A model generated the notes under the pieces. The model was not told the DNA's origin. It was given only the letters and a program-made list of their open reading frames with translations, and did no database searches. Made by a program: the position numbers and the translations under genes. Of a stretch of 64,000 nt of DNA, positions 26,506-40,170 are shown in pieces (position 1 is the first letter of the stretch; each line of letters starts with the position of its first letter). Origin of the DNA: Octopus sinensis (taxonomy: Eukaryota); NCBI RefSeq assembly GCF_006345805.1, contig NC_042997.1, positions 109,802,001-109,866,000 on the forward strand, in the 5' to 3' direction.

Positions 26506-26634
26506 ATAATAATAATAATAATGATAATAAAAATAATAATAATAATAAGAAGAAGAAGAATGATAATAATAATATTAATAATAATAATAATAATACGAAG
26601 AAGAAGAAGAAGAATGATAATAATAATAATAATG

Positions 26635-26665
<31 letters not shown>

Positions 26666-26923
26666 TAATAATAATAATGTCCGTTAAAAGATAACAGACT
26701 AACACATTTATTTCTCACTATTTTGATGTCAGTGAATGTGACAGCGAATAGATTAATGGACTAGTTTTAGTGAATAAGCGCAAATCTTCGTCATCATTAT
26801 TGCTGTCAAGGCGGCCAACTGGTAGAATCGGTCTTTATTTTCTGCACGGGATTTCGTCCGTTTTTATGCTGTGAGCACAAAGTCCGGCGAAGTCGACTTT
26901 CGTTTTTTATCGATCCTGAAAGG

Positions 26924-26965
<42 letters not shown>

Positions 26966-27470
26966 TTGATTTGTCTCAGGTTCGGTTTTATTCCTGGTAG
27001 GATTTCTGTGGGTAGTGGGTTACTACCTGTAACCTTAGGGATCCATAAGTTTTCAGTGGTCTTTCAAATGCTTGGAACCCTCTTGATAATCCTTGCTGTT
27101 CCTAACAGACAAACTTTCTGTTGGAGCTCCACTGGGCATTCTATTCCAATCTCCTTCAGCCATTTGTCTATATCTTGTGCCGACTTGGGGTATTCGGTCA
27201 CAATGTGTGCCACTGTCTCGTTCCAAGTTCCACACGTTCTATATTTTCTGACACATTCTCTCCATATATATTTTTCTCAAGTTGTTTGTTTTTATCGCTT
27301 GATCTTGGGCTGCTACAATCAGGCTCTCTGTTTCTTTTTTTAATTGTCTCTTTTTTAACCAAGCCTAAGATTTTGTTCCACATACGTCTCCAGTGGCTCT
27401 CCAAAAATGGCCATGCAGAGTTTTCACTTCGATCTGTCTGACGTGCTCTTTTTGTATTTCATTCTTGTCC
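26966..27470 (-). mobile_element. Internally deleted R4/Dong-clade non-LTR retrotransposon 3' relic
   Basis: Minus-strand translation with frameshifts/stops: ...WLKKRQLKKETESLIVAAQDQAIKTN...HIVTEYPKSAQ|DIDKWLKEIGIECPVELQQKVCLLGTARIIKRV. Followed by a (TAA)n tail at 26924-26965. Same motifs as the 31.4-32.6 kb element. Confidence 0.85.
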
Positions 27471-27530
27471 TTTTCTCCTATACGTGCTACATAAGCTCTT
27501 CTTCTTCTTCTCTTCTTCTTCTTCTTCTTC

Positions 27531-27575
<45 letters not shown>

Positions 27576-27589
27576 TATATTATTATTAT

Positions 27590-27623
27590 TGAGTGAGAGA
27601 GCAATGCATGCCATCAAAGTGAC
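27590..27623 (-). mobile_element. 3'-terminal fragment of repeat E
   Basis: TGAGTGAGAGAGCAATGCATGCCATCAAAGTGAC matches 59905-59938; abuts (ATT)n. Confidence 0.8.
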
Positions 27624-28184
27624 TAAATATTCGGCCGTATTTGTTCCAGCTGTGTAGATTTCCGAGTTCAAATCCCTCGGAGCTCAACTCTGCCTTTTAT
27701 CCGTTCGGATGTCGATAAAATATAAGTCAAGCGCTCCCTCTTCTCACTCAAAATTCCTGGTTTTGTACCTATTTTTGATCATTTTAATAGTTATCATCAT
27801 AACGGCCATATTGTCGTTACTGTTGCTTCTTGTTGAACATCTCTGTCTAAGGAACATATTCTAACGTTTGTGTTATTTCTTATTACGATCTTGTCATTCA
27901 TATTTGACGTATAAAACTTATTTCTTTCTCATATTGCCGTATTCTTTGTTTTCGTTTCGTATGGTTTGTGTAATATTTGCGATCTTCTGTGGTTTTTCAC
28001 TTCCTGCGAGTGACAATATATATGTCTTGGGGGTATTTACTTGGTTTTTAGTATCGACATGGTAAAGCTTATTGTTGTAGTTCAGTGTTGTTGTGATATG
28101 GCAGTAGCGGTTAATCGCAGAGTGCGACAGACTGAAAAAATATGAAAGCCACACAAAGCCATCACTGCACGCACGAACAGAAAT

Positions 28185-28234
<50 letters not shown>

Positions 28235-28638
28235 ATACTCACACACACATGATTTAGTCTGTAAACAACCCTTACCAACAAAATGTATTAAAACATAACT
28301 AAACTTCCAAAGCTTTCATGTGTTGGTGACTTCCGGTGAGAATCGTAGACTTTAAAAAAAGGAAGGGAGATGTGTATGCATGTGTGCATGTATGTGTGTG
28401 TGTGTTAACTTCTTGCCTAAAACTTTGTTTCTCGTAGCGCCTATTATATTTTATTTTGTTAACATAATAGTAAAAATAAAAATAATAATAATGATGATGA
28501 TGATGATGATGATGATAATAATTGCTTAGTTCTCTTCAGTTTGAGTATAACTATTGTAGCTATACACAATGATGGCTGCCAAGAACAAGAAAATATGGTA
28601 TTTCTTTTATTTGCCTGAGAAGAAATATATGGAGTTCT

Positions 28639-28679
<41 letters not shown>

Positions 28680-28849
28680 GAGTAGTTGATACCGAGGCCA
28701 TGAGCTCCAATACTTAGCTAGTGTTTTATTTTCATCGACCCCGGATGAGTGAAAAGGCGAAGTTCACATCTGTATGATTTGAACTCAGAATGCTGCCATA
28801 CATTTTCGACGCCGTAGCGATTCTGCCTCGTCGCCGCCTAATAATAATG

Positions 28850-28880
<31 letters not shown>

Positions 28881-29064
28881 TAACATATAACATACAAAAA
28901 ATTGCACTACTAGGCACTGCACACGTCCTACGCAGAACACTTTCAATACAGTAGCCATCAGAGCATCACAACAAATCACAGCACATACCCAAGGCACACA
29001 GAGGTAGTGAAGTGAAAGCACGTTATAAAAATAAAACTACTGAATAATAATAATAATAGTTTTT

Positions 29065-29275
29065 CTAACTCTAGGCAAAGGCCGTGAACTTCCAGAGGAG
29101 GCTGCTTGTTGATTATATCAATCTTACTGATCAAATGGTGCTTATTTTATTGATCCCGGGAAGCATGAAAGCCAGATTCAACCTTGGTGGTATTTGATCT
29201 CGGGATATAAAGCGCCGAGATCAGATCCCGGTGAGGTCAACATGGTCTTTTCTTCCTCCGGGGTCGATAGAATAA
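29065..29275. mobile_element. Two old SINE-A core fragments in head-to-head fold-back arrangement
   Basis: TGATCTCGG (29195-29203) / CCGAGATCA (29215-29223) with an 11-nt spacer; both arms continue into degenerate CTTTCATCCTTCCGGGGTCGAT core. Confidence 0.6.
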
Positions 29276-30495
29276 TAATAATGTTAATGGTGAGAGTATC
29301 ATGAGGTTCTCGTAGAAATTTTAAAGAGCCCAGTAACGGCGAATATATTCCAAACTATTATATAGATGTGTGTGTTTGTGTGGAGTTGAATGGGGGACGT
29401 TGAGAGTAGCGGCGGTGGTGGGGGTACGTTTGATGAAAACCGACAGACAGACAGACAGACAGATATATAGATGTGGAGGCAACTGATAGCAACAATAAAT
29501 TCCTCCTCCCCTCAAAAAAAAAAATCAACAAATTCCTTTTCATTCTTTGTTTATTTTCTTTTATTCTTTCTTTCTTTCGTCTCCTTTCTGGAATATTTCC
29601 AAAGAAATATTTGGTGTGAATATCTTTTCGTTCTTTTTTTTTTTCATCTGTTTTCCTCAGAAAGCCTCTTCCCTCGCCCTTGCTCCACCCTTCACACACC
29701 GTTCCTCTCCCTAGACTATAGAATGTGAGGCCTTCTGCATTCTGGCGAGGGGCTCTGGTTCCCTTGTTACTACACCCTTACCACCCCCACCCCATTAATG
29801 GGTCTGTTATCTTTAAACTAACATTTGCCGCGTGCCTTGCTATTTACCTTATTCTTTTTCATGTGTTCTCCACCACTACCACCACCACCACCATCATCAG
29901 CACACAAACTTCTGTATCTCTCCGCCTTCTCCTCGCCTCGTCCCCTCTAACTTATGCACCCTCATCCTCCTCCTCCTCTCCCTCCCTTTTACTAACCATA
30001 CGCATGGCGGCTGCTGTTATTTTTATCTCTGTCCACCCTCCCCGTCCTCTGCCACCCACATACTCATGCATGCACGAACAACACGGCCAACATATGCAGA
30101 CCTGTAAACATTCAGCACTCACTCACTTTGTGTGTGTGTGTGTGTGTTGTGATCTTCGTTCAAGCTCTCCTCATTCCGAGTTCGAATCGCAGCAAGGCAT
30201 TCATCCATACGGGGTCGATAATGTGTCAGTAACTGCCTGGAGTCGATCCGTCTCTCTTTACTTTTCTATATATGTCTGCCTGGAAATAAACGGCATCATA
30301 CGGGCCCAGTCACAAGCACAACCTCTTCTCTTTCTTCTCTCTAGCCTTCTCTAAAAGGGGTCGGTGGTGGTTAAAAGAAAGTCTGACAAAATATTTTCAT
30401 TGCGACTACAACTGATAAATACTAACAAGGTCGTACGTGGAGCAACCGCAAATAAAGTGTTTGTATGTGTGTGTATGAACGTATTTAAAGGAAGA

Positions 30496-30790
30496 GCACT
30501 CCGTCCGTTACGTCAACGAGGGTCTCAGCTGATACGATCAACGGAACAGCTTGCTTGTGAAATTAACGTGCAAGTGGCTGAGCACTCCACAGACACGTGT
30601 ACCCTTAACGCAGTTCTCAGGTGTGACAAGGCTGGCTCTTTGAAATACAGTTACTACTCATTTTTGCCAGCTTAGTGAACTGGGGCAACGTGAAATAAAG
30701 TGTCTTGCTCAAGGACACGACTCAAGGAATTGAACTCATGACCTTACGCTCGTGAGCCGAATGCTCTAACCACTAAGCCACGCGCCTTCA
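30496..30790 (-). mobile_element. SINE-D (tRNA-derived, CORE-like GTGTCCTTGAGCAAGACACTT domain)
   Basis: Reverse complement: TGAAGGCGCGTGGCTTAGTGGTTAGAGC (A-box), GAGTTCAATTCC (B-box), then GTGTCCTTGAGCAAGACACTTTATTTCACG. Confidence 0.9.
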
Positions 30791-31169
30791 CTATATGAAC
30801 GTGTGTGTGTGTGTGTGTATATATATATGCATTTACTTGTCAGATTATTCCTTATCCATGGAGTGTAAACCCCTATTCATCATTCTGGGTGTTAAATACG
30901 ATAGGAAGGCAATTTTGCTAGAGGGAAAATCAGTGAGGAAGCTGGACCTAAACCTATATAACACACACACACACACACGCACACGCACATTTATTTAATC
31001 GACTGTGTTGACGACATGTCCTCGGTTAGGTAAGACACGATATACTGTTTTTGTTGTTTTTTTTTGAAGATACACAATTTGTGAGGACACCATTGGTGGC
31101 AAATGGCCATTGACAAACTGATTAATTCATTGATGGAATGCTTAATCAAACAATCGATTTTCTGTAACA

Positions 31170-31412
31170 ATAGGTCATTCCTTTAGTAATTGGTGCAGTT
31201 GGCACAACACCCAAATTGCTTCCTAAAAGACGGAAAGAAATTTGAATTGTAACTCGCATTGTTGACCTGTAGAAAAATACCATCCTATATCCTGAAATAA
31301 TCCTAAGAAAAATTTTTGAGATATGAGGAGATTTGTTGTCACCAAACCTCAAGATAAAATTGCAGCTATCTAAAATAGCATGCACTAGTGAAGCAATAAT
31401 AATAATAATAAT
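31170..31412 (+). mobile_element. R4/Dong-clade LINE extreme 3' fragment with (TAA)n tail
   Basis: Translates VIPLVIGAVGTTPKLLPKRRKEI*IVTRIVDL*KNTILYPEIILRKIFEI*, like the C-terminus of restriction-like-endonuclease (RLE) non-LTR ORFs; ends in (AAT)5. Confidence 0.7.
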
Positions 31413-32533
31413 CGACTGTATGGAATAAAATCCAAGCAGTTAATACATGGGCGATAACATCACTTCGGTACGGAGCGGGAATTATAAAATGGCAAAAGAG
31501 AGAAATTAAGAAAATGGATACGAAGATCAGAAAAATGTTGACAGTACACTGAGCCTTCCATCTTAAGAGTGACACCGATAGGCTGTACTTGTCTAGAAGG
31601 GAGGGTGGGAGAAGCTTGATCAGTTGCCAGATCTGTATCGAAGTAGAGGAAAACAGCCTAGGGTGGGATATAAAAAAATGTCGAGGATCCATTGCTGAAA
31701 CACACAAAGAAGACCGGCGCCATCAAAACTGAAAATTATTTGACGAAAGAAACAGTTAAACAAGAAATGAACAAAAAAAAATGCATAGAAGGAAAAGAAC
31801 ATGTATAGTCAGTTTGCAAGATATGTGAACGCAGAGGACTGGTGGCTATGGATGAGGAGAAGTGACCTGAAGATAGAGACAGAATTACTCATATGCGCAG
31901 CTCAAGAACAAGCGTTAAGGACCAATTATATGAAGAGCAGAATAGTCAAAACTACTGACAGTGACAAATGCAGAATATGTAGTGAGAGGGATGAAACGGG
32001 ATGGCACATCGTTAGCGAATGCCCGGAATTGACACAACAGGAATGCAAAGGACGCCATGACAATGTTGCAAGAATGATCTATTGGGAGCTCTGTGGAAAT
32101 TACGGCCTAGAAAGAGCAAAGATGTGGTATGTTCAAACCCCAGAAGTAGTCACCGAAAATGAGAATTGCAAACTCCTGTGGGATGCAATGATCCAGTGCG
32201 ATCACTGAATAAAAAGGAAAGAACATGTAAGGTAGTCGACATGGCATGTCCTGGGGACAACGGGATCCATGTGATAGAAGAAATAAATAAACACCTATGA
32301 CGATTTAAAGTGGGAAATACGAAAGACTTGGTCAATGAAGAGAGTAGACGTGATACCAATAGTAATGGTGCACTTGGAAGAATCAGCACTCAACTACTAA
32401 CATGACTGAAAAAGATTGGTGCAAGTGTGAAGGTAACGTTGCTTCGAACTTGCAAGAATTCTTAGCAGGGTTCTTGAAGCATGATGAGTAAACAAGTGTC
32501 ACAGTAATGTAAGCTGTGAGCTTTAATACAATG

Positions 32534-32574
<41 letters not shown>
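31413..32574 (+). mobile_element. 5'-truncated R4/Dong-clade non-LTR retrotransposon (RT thumb, CCHC knuckle, degenerate RLE), pseudogenised
   Basis: WNKIQAVNTWAITSLRYGAG...SDTDRLYLSRREGGRSL (RT C-terminal region); ELLICAAQEQALRTNY; CRICSERDETGWHIVSEC (CCHC); RHDNVARMIYWELC; LLWDAMIQCDH; VDMACP; VIPIV. Stops, frameshifts, PD motif missing; (TAA)n tail at about 32534-32574. Confidence 0.92.
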
Positions 32575-32575
<1 letters not shown>

Positions 32576-32762
32576 TGGAAGAAGCATAGCCTGGCTTTCT
32601 CTTAACCAAATGACCATTTTCAAGCGGCATCTGTTTCAACGCATGAATTCATTTCAAGAATCTTAATCTCGCACCATAACTCTGTGTGTGTGTGCGCGCG
32701 TGCGTTTTTAGTGTATATGTGTGTGTCTGTGCATTTACCAATATATATATATGTGTGCGCGC

Positions 32763-32793
<31 letters not shown>

Positions 32794-32940
32794 TACATTG
32801 AATTGTAGGCCCGTATACGTACTTATACACACATGTATATAAATGCGTATATATCCTGATATATATATGTGTGTGTATGTATATGTGTGTGTCCAGCAAT
32901 ATATATATATGTGCACTCACATCTGTCTATCTACACACCC

Positions 32941-33012
<72 letters not shown>

Positions 33013-33328
33013 ATGTATGTATGTATGTATACACACACACGGATATGCAAGCCTTACCCACCTACGTTTCTCACACTAGCACAACAACGGCTGCTGCTAC
33101 TGTTGTTGTTGTTGTGCTAAGCATTGTTGTTGAAATAAATCGCCGCATAGAAAAACTCCGTCATTAACATGGAATTATATAAAAGACAGAGATTTTCTAC
33201 TTTCGAAATATGCGTTAATTTTGTCTTTTAAGTCGGTTCCTCTTTTTTTTTCATTCTTTTGGTAGATTCACACACATACACACAGATAGATAGATAGGTA
33301 GATATATTTCTCTCTCTCATACACACGT

Positions 33329-33363
<35 letters not shown>

Positions 33364-33563
33364 ACACACACACACACATAATACATGTGCCACACACCCA
33401 GACATATACGTAGTCATCTTTACACATACGCATAAACGCTCATATACAGAAATTAATACATAGGTAATTTGACATACTGACAGACGCATACATACACATA
33501 TTAACACACACACATTCACATATTAACACACACATACACATATTAGCACACACATATACATAC

Positions 33564-33608
<45 letters not shown>

Positions 33609-33839
33609 CGGCCATCAGCTCCAGTTATGTTTTGTGTCTGGAAGTCTTGGTACGTCATTTCAAATAAAGGGAGGTGTGTGAGGATGAGTGTGAGGAAAGA
33701 ATAAAAAGGACGATATTTTCCAAGCAAGGGGAAGCTGGAGGTGAAGGGTGAGTGAAATGATGGGAGTTCAAAGTTGCTGTAATCACAACAACAACGACAA
33801 CCAGAACAATAACTACCTTGGGATGAATTCTAAATGGTG

Positions 33840-34930
33840 ACGATGTCGGTGTTGGCATTGATAAAGGTGGGGTGGGAGTAGGACGGGGGTTTGGTGTCGC
33901 AGCTGTTTATAGTGATGATGGTGTGTCGTTTGGGAATGGTGAGGGGTTGATGGAAATGGTGGCGGCGCTGCTGATGGTAATTGGGAAGAAAATGATGATG
34001 ATGATGGTGGTGGTGGTAGCGAAAAGAATTCCAAAGTTTGTAATGATTGAGTTGGCGGTGGTGGTGGTGGTGACGTTAAATTAGTGGTGATGGCGCACTT
34101 AAACGATGATGACACATAAACGGGGTGTACCCCCCAGTGATTGTAAAGAGAGGAGTATATTAAAGACGTGGGGGAGATACTCAGCCTGTTTCTGTCTCAA
34201 CTACGACAACAAACAATTTCAACAAAAAGAACAACAAAATCCGACATTTTGAACAAATTTTCCTTTTCAAAGATGTCAGTCACTTCGTCACCCCCGCCTC
34301 CATTTGTCTTTCACATTGTCTTATTTTCTCACCCCCATCCCTCTCCGTCTGCCTCAATCTTATCTCCTTCCTCCACCCCACTCCCCCTAAACCCTCCCTC
34401 CCTCTCTCTCACAATTCTATTTAACGTCGAAATTATTTAGTCAAAAATACCACGTCTTCTCTTTGATTCCAAATACCTCTTCCCCCATCTCCGCCACCAC
34501 CACCACCAACATCGCCGCCACCACCGCCGCCGCTATTTCATGTCTTCCTTTCCCATCGCCGTCACCACCACCACCACCACCACCACTCCCACCCACCAGC
34601 CAACCCCATTCGTCTCCACCACCCAACTTTTTGGTGGGGCGATAAATCATCGACTTAACTTTTTCCAACCTTGTTGTTGTTGTCATCAACATCAACAACA
34701 ACAACATCAATGCCACCACCGCCACCACCATTACTAACATCAGCACCAACAACAACAACGTTATTATCTGCCTCGTTTCTCGTTGTTCATTTTCTTTATT
34801 GCTCCGGTGCCTACAATATTGGACACCTTCTGGAAAAATTATGCCAACGCCACCACCACCACCTTCTCTGGCATCACCACCACCACCATCATCATCACAA
34901 TCATCAGCATCACCACTTCCATCGACTTCA
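33840..34930. repeat. Degenerate (GGT/GAT) and (CCA/CAA) trinucleotide low-complexity tracts
   Basis: Directly visible; explains ORFs at 33813-35273. Confidence 0.8.
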
Positions 34931-34949
34931 CCGCTACCAACTCTATACC

Positions 34950-35176
34950 TATTTCTTTACTACCCACAAGGGGATAAACACAGGACAAACAAGGCGAGAC
35001 AAACGGATTAAGTCGATTATATCGACCCCAGTGCGTAACTGGTCCTTAATTTATCGAACCCGAAAGGATGAAAGGCAAAGTCGACCTCGGAGGGATTTGA
35101 ACTCAGAACGTAACGGCAGACGAAATACCCCTAAGCATTTCGTCCGGCGTGCTAACGTTTCTGCCAGCTCACCGCC
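34950..35176 (-). mobile_element. Full-length SINE-A monomer
   Basis: Complete reverse-complement head, core and tail. CCAACTCTATAC is duplicated near 34937-34948 and 35207-35218. Confidence 0.9.
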
Positions 35177-35516
35177 GCAACTAATACCACTACACCACCA
35201 CTGCCACCAACTCTATACGAGTCAACGAAGGAGTTTGTACAGGCTAAAAATAAGTCCTATTTCCTTCAAGTGAATGCCAACTGAATGAATGTCTACGTTT
35301 GTTTCTTTTTTTGACAATTCTTATAAGTGACGACCAAGTCCACTGCGTGATGGCAAGGCGTGGCACTTGCAGACTCTGACGTCACCATAGTTGATTGATA
35401 GTAAATCACTTTGATAACCTACTGAATGAAGGTTCAAACTCAGTGAGTACCAAATGTTTTATATATTTACACACACACACACACAAACGCACACACTCAC
35501 GTTGTTGGCAATTATT

Positions 35517-35730
35517 TAACCTTTTACCATTCAACCCGACCACATCTGACCCAAATATTCTACTAATTTTATGTTACAACTGGCCAGGTCTGGCTTCTCA
35601 CACCTGTCCTATAATAATGTCATTCTAAAATAAGCAATCACACCGTGAAAATCTCTTAGCTACAAGATAATACATGATTAATTCTAAATACCGCGAATAA
35701 ATAAGCATTATCTGAATATTAAATATGTTG
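35517..35730. mobile_element. Possible degenerate piggyBac-like MITE
   Basis: Starts TTAACC and resembles an octopus TTAA-flanked MITE as I recall it; the right terminal repeat is not clearly recognisable. Confidence 0.3.
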
Positions 35731-36235
35731 CCAATAACCTAATTTGGATAACTGACATGTTAATTAATAATTTTGTCTCACCTTAATTAGTTTTTTAAAA
35801 TTCATTCTCTCTTACTGTCATTAATTATAATTAATAATTTTGTTAAAACATTTTCCACCAACTTTGTTTCAATAACTGAACATTTGTGCCACCAGCTTCT
35901 CTGAAGCTGTTCTGGCGCTTGTTTAACTCCCGATCAGCTCAGATAAACCAGACCTATAATCAAAGATGTTTCACCTGTGGCCATCCCGTCTATATAGTAT
36001 GACTATGTTGCACCGCATCATCTAATGTATCTGCTTTTATTACTTAAATAGTATTCTCTCTCTCTCTCACTTCCTTTTTCTCACCAACCCCACTCTCTCT
36101 CTCTTTCTCTCCCACCCTCATTTCATTTACTATTTACTGGCAGATTGAGCGAGTGAGTATAGTTTCTCCTCTTCTAACAAGCATTGGATTTTACCATATA
36201 AAAATTATTTTGAATAAAAGTAATAATAACCCTTT

Positions 36236-36410
36236 CTATTAAAGGCGCAACGCTTGAAATTTTAGGGACGAGTGTGGTCGATTAAATCGACCCCAGTGCA
36301 CAACTGGTTCTTATTTCATTGACCCCGAAAAGCAAAGTCGATTTCGACAGAACATGCACTCGGAACATAAAGCATTTTGCCTGGTATGCTAACAATAGTT
36401 TTACAGCTCG
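36236..36410 (-). mobile_element. Diverged SINE-A
   Basis: GTCGATTAAATCGACCCCAGTGCACAACTGG...GACCCCGAAA..AAAGTCGA...AAGCATTTTGCCTGGTATGCTAAC. Confidence 0.75.
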
Positions 36411-37619
36411 TCAGATTAATAATAGGAAACTCAATAAATGACAGAGGAATTAGCTTACAGCTGTTTCTGCCATCAGATGCAATGTACCCATAGTTGATTG
36501 CTTGCGTATCACTCTCGTGCTTCATCGAAGCTTAAAATGGGCTTTTAAACTTTCCTTTCTTGCTATCTCAGGCGTTTCTCACCTTCAACTTTCGGCTCTT
36601 ACATCTGCCCATCACTTCGAGATCATATGATGGAACGCCCACTCGGGGCCACAAACCAATTCTGTGCCAGAAGATTGTCTCTTGGCTTTTCAGTCCCCTT
36701 TGCATTGGCTTTGAGTATCAATGGCGCCAAAGTTGAAGTGATTACGTTGATGTCCGCTTCTGCCTACGTTATCCTTGGAGCTGGCCCTGTACTGCTACGG
36801 AAGTATTATCGGCAGCATTAATGGTCTTTACCCTATGGGCCTGCTGTTGTCTAGCACCCTCTTTAACATTTTTCTTCTAGGCAAAAGCCCCCATGTGACC
36901 ATTAATACTCTACGTGCATCAGTTGGGCCTTCTATTCTGCACCACCAATCTGATTGGTCTATTTCCCTCTCGCACAGTCGGTTATAACCCTATGATAGCT
37001 GCGTGATCCTTAAAAATGATCAGAAACTCGATGTCTATGTAGACTTCGCTCGAACCTATGATGTGTTAGGTTACCTCGGTATTCGCCATCTTCCTTCACT
37101 GTATATTTAATAAGCAGAGGTGTAGCATAGCGTCGGCTTCTATCTCAGGTCGACGTAACTTAGAGTATCGGTTCACTCCAACTTCCAAATTGATGTTCTC
37201 TTGCAATAAACTATTAATAAAGATGTTATTAATATAAATGTATGGGTTTTTGCCAACATATAAACGAAATTTGCAACACGGAAACTTATTCGAGATGCGA
37301 TTCTTTGAGATAAAATCTCTTCTCCAAGCGTGGATCAAAATACTTCTTGATGCAAACATCAATTTATGTAATGGGGAAAATATAAGACATTGAAAATGGT
37401 GTTATAAGTGTTGACATCAATGTACACACGTACCTTAACGCACGCACATACACACACACACACGTATATATGTATGTATTGTTAAATATGTCGGTGTGTG
37501 TGAGTGTATGCCTCTGTGTGTGTGTGTATATGATACGGGTTTTTATTAATGTCGATAAGCCGGAAAATATCTCAAGAGACAAAGATTGATGTATGTGTGT
37601 GCCTCAGTGCGGTGCGTGC

Positions 37620-37622
37620 ATT

Positions 37623-37670
<48 letters not shown>

Positions 37671-38063
37671 TGTGTATGTGCGCGCGCGCGCTTATCAATC
37701 CGTGTGTGTGTGCGTGTGTCTTTATATAAGTATATTGCTCTAATCTCTACATCTGGATTTATGTTGTATATTTTGTTGATTTCTCTGTTTCATAAGAACA
37801 TCCTTCATTAGATACATCATCACGCCTTTCTGGATTCCAATATCTTTTCCATCAGCAATTCTCCAAGACGAATTGCAAATCCATCTTCCCCCCCTTCCTT
37901 CCATCTCTTCTTTCTTAATATTCTCTCTTTCAACCTTCTTTCACATTTTTCTTTCTTCACACTTTAACTCTCTACAACTATTCCATGTACGTACATTATG
38001 CGCGCGCGCGGGTGTATGTATGTATATATATATATATATATATGTACATATTGTATGTGTATG

Positions 38064-38104
<41 letters not shown>

Positions 38105-38122
38105 TCTTTGTGCGAATACACA

Positions 38123-38192
<70 letters not shown>

Positions 38193-38740
38193 GCGTGTAC
38201 AAAGCTTCCCGTATTATATATATATATATACATATTATGTTTGTATATATATATATATATATACATATATATACATATTATGTTTGTATATATATATATA
38301 TATATACAAACATAATATGTATATATATATATATATACATATGTTTGTGTGTATGAATATATATATACATACACACACACACAAACATATATATGCATCT
38401 ATTTATGCGTATATACATGTATATATGTGGACATATATGTGTGTATCTGTAAAATTATATCTGTATGTGTGTATATATATATATATATATATGTATCTGT
38501 GTATAAATATATGTATATATATGTGTGTAATGGATGGTTGGATATATAAGTAGATGAATGGTTGTATCTATGTACGTGTATGAATATCTATATATGTGTG
38601 TGCGTTCGTGTGAGTGTATGTGTGTGTGTGTGTTTGTGTATGTATGTATATACATACAGAGCAAGAGAGATCTAAGGGTTGTGTGGGACGACATATATAT
38701 ATATATATGTGTGTATGTGTCTGTTTGTGTGTTTGTGTGT
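37620..38740. repeat. (TA)n/(TG)n/(CA)n mosaic containing a 64-bp perfect palindrome
   Basis: Directly visible; palindrome at 38265-38328. Confidence 0.9.
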
Positions 38741-39659
38741 GTGTGTTGCCACTCTGTTATAAGAGTGAATTTTTCGCGGCTCATTTTTCATAAAAGAAAA
38801 AACAAACAAAACCTTTTACGAAATTTCCTTCTTTTATATTCTTCCACTTTATTCGTTAACATATTTGCTTCGTCATTTGCATATATCTTCCTCCCTTCTT
38901 CCTTCCCCCTGTCCCTTATTCTCTCTTAATCCCTAATCTATCCAATATCTCTGAATTCCTATATTACCCCCTCCCTTTCCGTCATTCCTTCACAGTATAT
39001 CTCCCGGTGATAACCGCTCTAGCTGACCCTCTTCTATGTGTTTTCTCGAACTCCGACCAACATTATTGCTTCAATGACAACAGCTGAAACATTTAATGTA
39101 GATTTTCCTTAACATTAAACATTTTGTTGCTTCATGATAATCTTGCTGGTGATTGTTAAGGAATTAAAGAGGAACTTTTCGCCAGTCATCCCAATTCTAT
39201 GTCAGAATATCGATTTCGAACGGGCGCTGCTTCTCCCGGATCCCTCTAACCTTTATTGGAAACGAAAGGGGCAAATATTTTCGTGCCTTTTTACTCATTC
39301 GGAGCCGGGGCCTTTTTTTCGTACGAGTTCAAATGAACACACATACACATGTATATATAGGAATGCATCACAGGAAAAGGATGGAAAATGCGCCAAATTT
39401 TTATGCATAAATGTATATTTGTTTCAATAAAGTATTTTTTATTTTTAACATACGAAGTAAATATTTACACACAGGAAAATAAACAGGCGAAAATATTTAC
39501 ATACAAACACTCACAAATACTCACACACAAACGCTTACACACAAACACTCACACGCGCGCGCAACCATAAGTGTGTGTATATAGAAATACTTTTAATAAT
39601 TAACAAGTGTAAATTTTACAAATGAAGATTTACCATAATATTGTTATCCCTCATCACTG

Positions 39660-40170
39660 TTTATATATGATATATACATACATACATATATATGTATTAT
39701 ATATATATGTATGTGTGTGTGTATATATACATATGTGTGTATATAGATGTTTGTATATATATGTATATATGTGTGTAAATATATATGTGTGTATATATGT
39801 ATATATGTGTGTATATATGTATATGTGTATATATATGTATATGTGTGTATATATATATATGCATGTGTATGTATATGTATATATATATGTGTATATATAC
39901 ATGTGTATGTATCTATATGTATATGTATGTGTACATATATATTTATACATATCTATATGTATATATATACATATATGTATGTATGTAATTATATATATGT
40001 ATAAGTATATGTAGATATATATGTGTGTGTGTGTACATATGTGTATATACGTATATGAATGCATATGTATGTATGTATGTATATGTATGTATGTGTATAT
40101 GCGGGTATGAATGTATGTGTATGTATGTATATGTGTGTGTGTCTGCGTGTGTGTGTGTGTGTGTGTGTGC
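39660..40170. repeat. (TA/TG)n microsatellite
   Basis: Directly visible. Confidence 0.95.

Noticed and set aside
36480-37330. Possible ancient LINE relic or exon in unique-looking sequence
   Set aside because: No frame gave a recognisable motif; stops occur in all frames I read.
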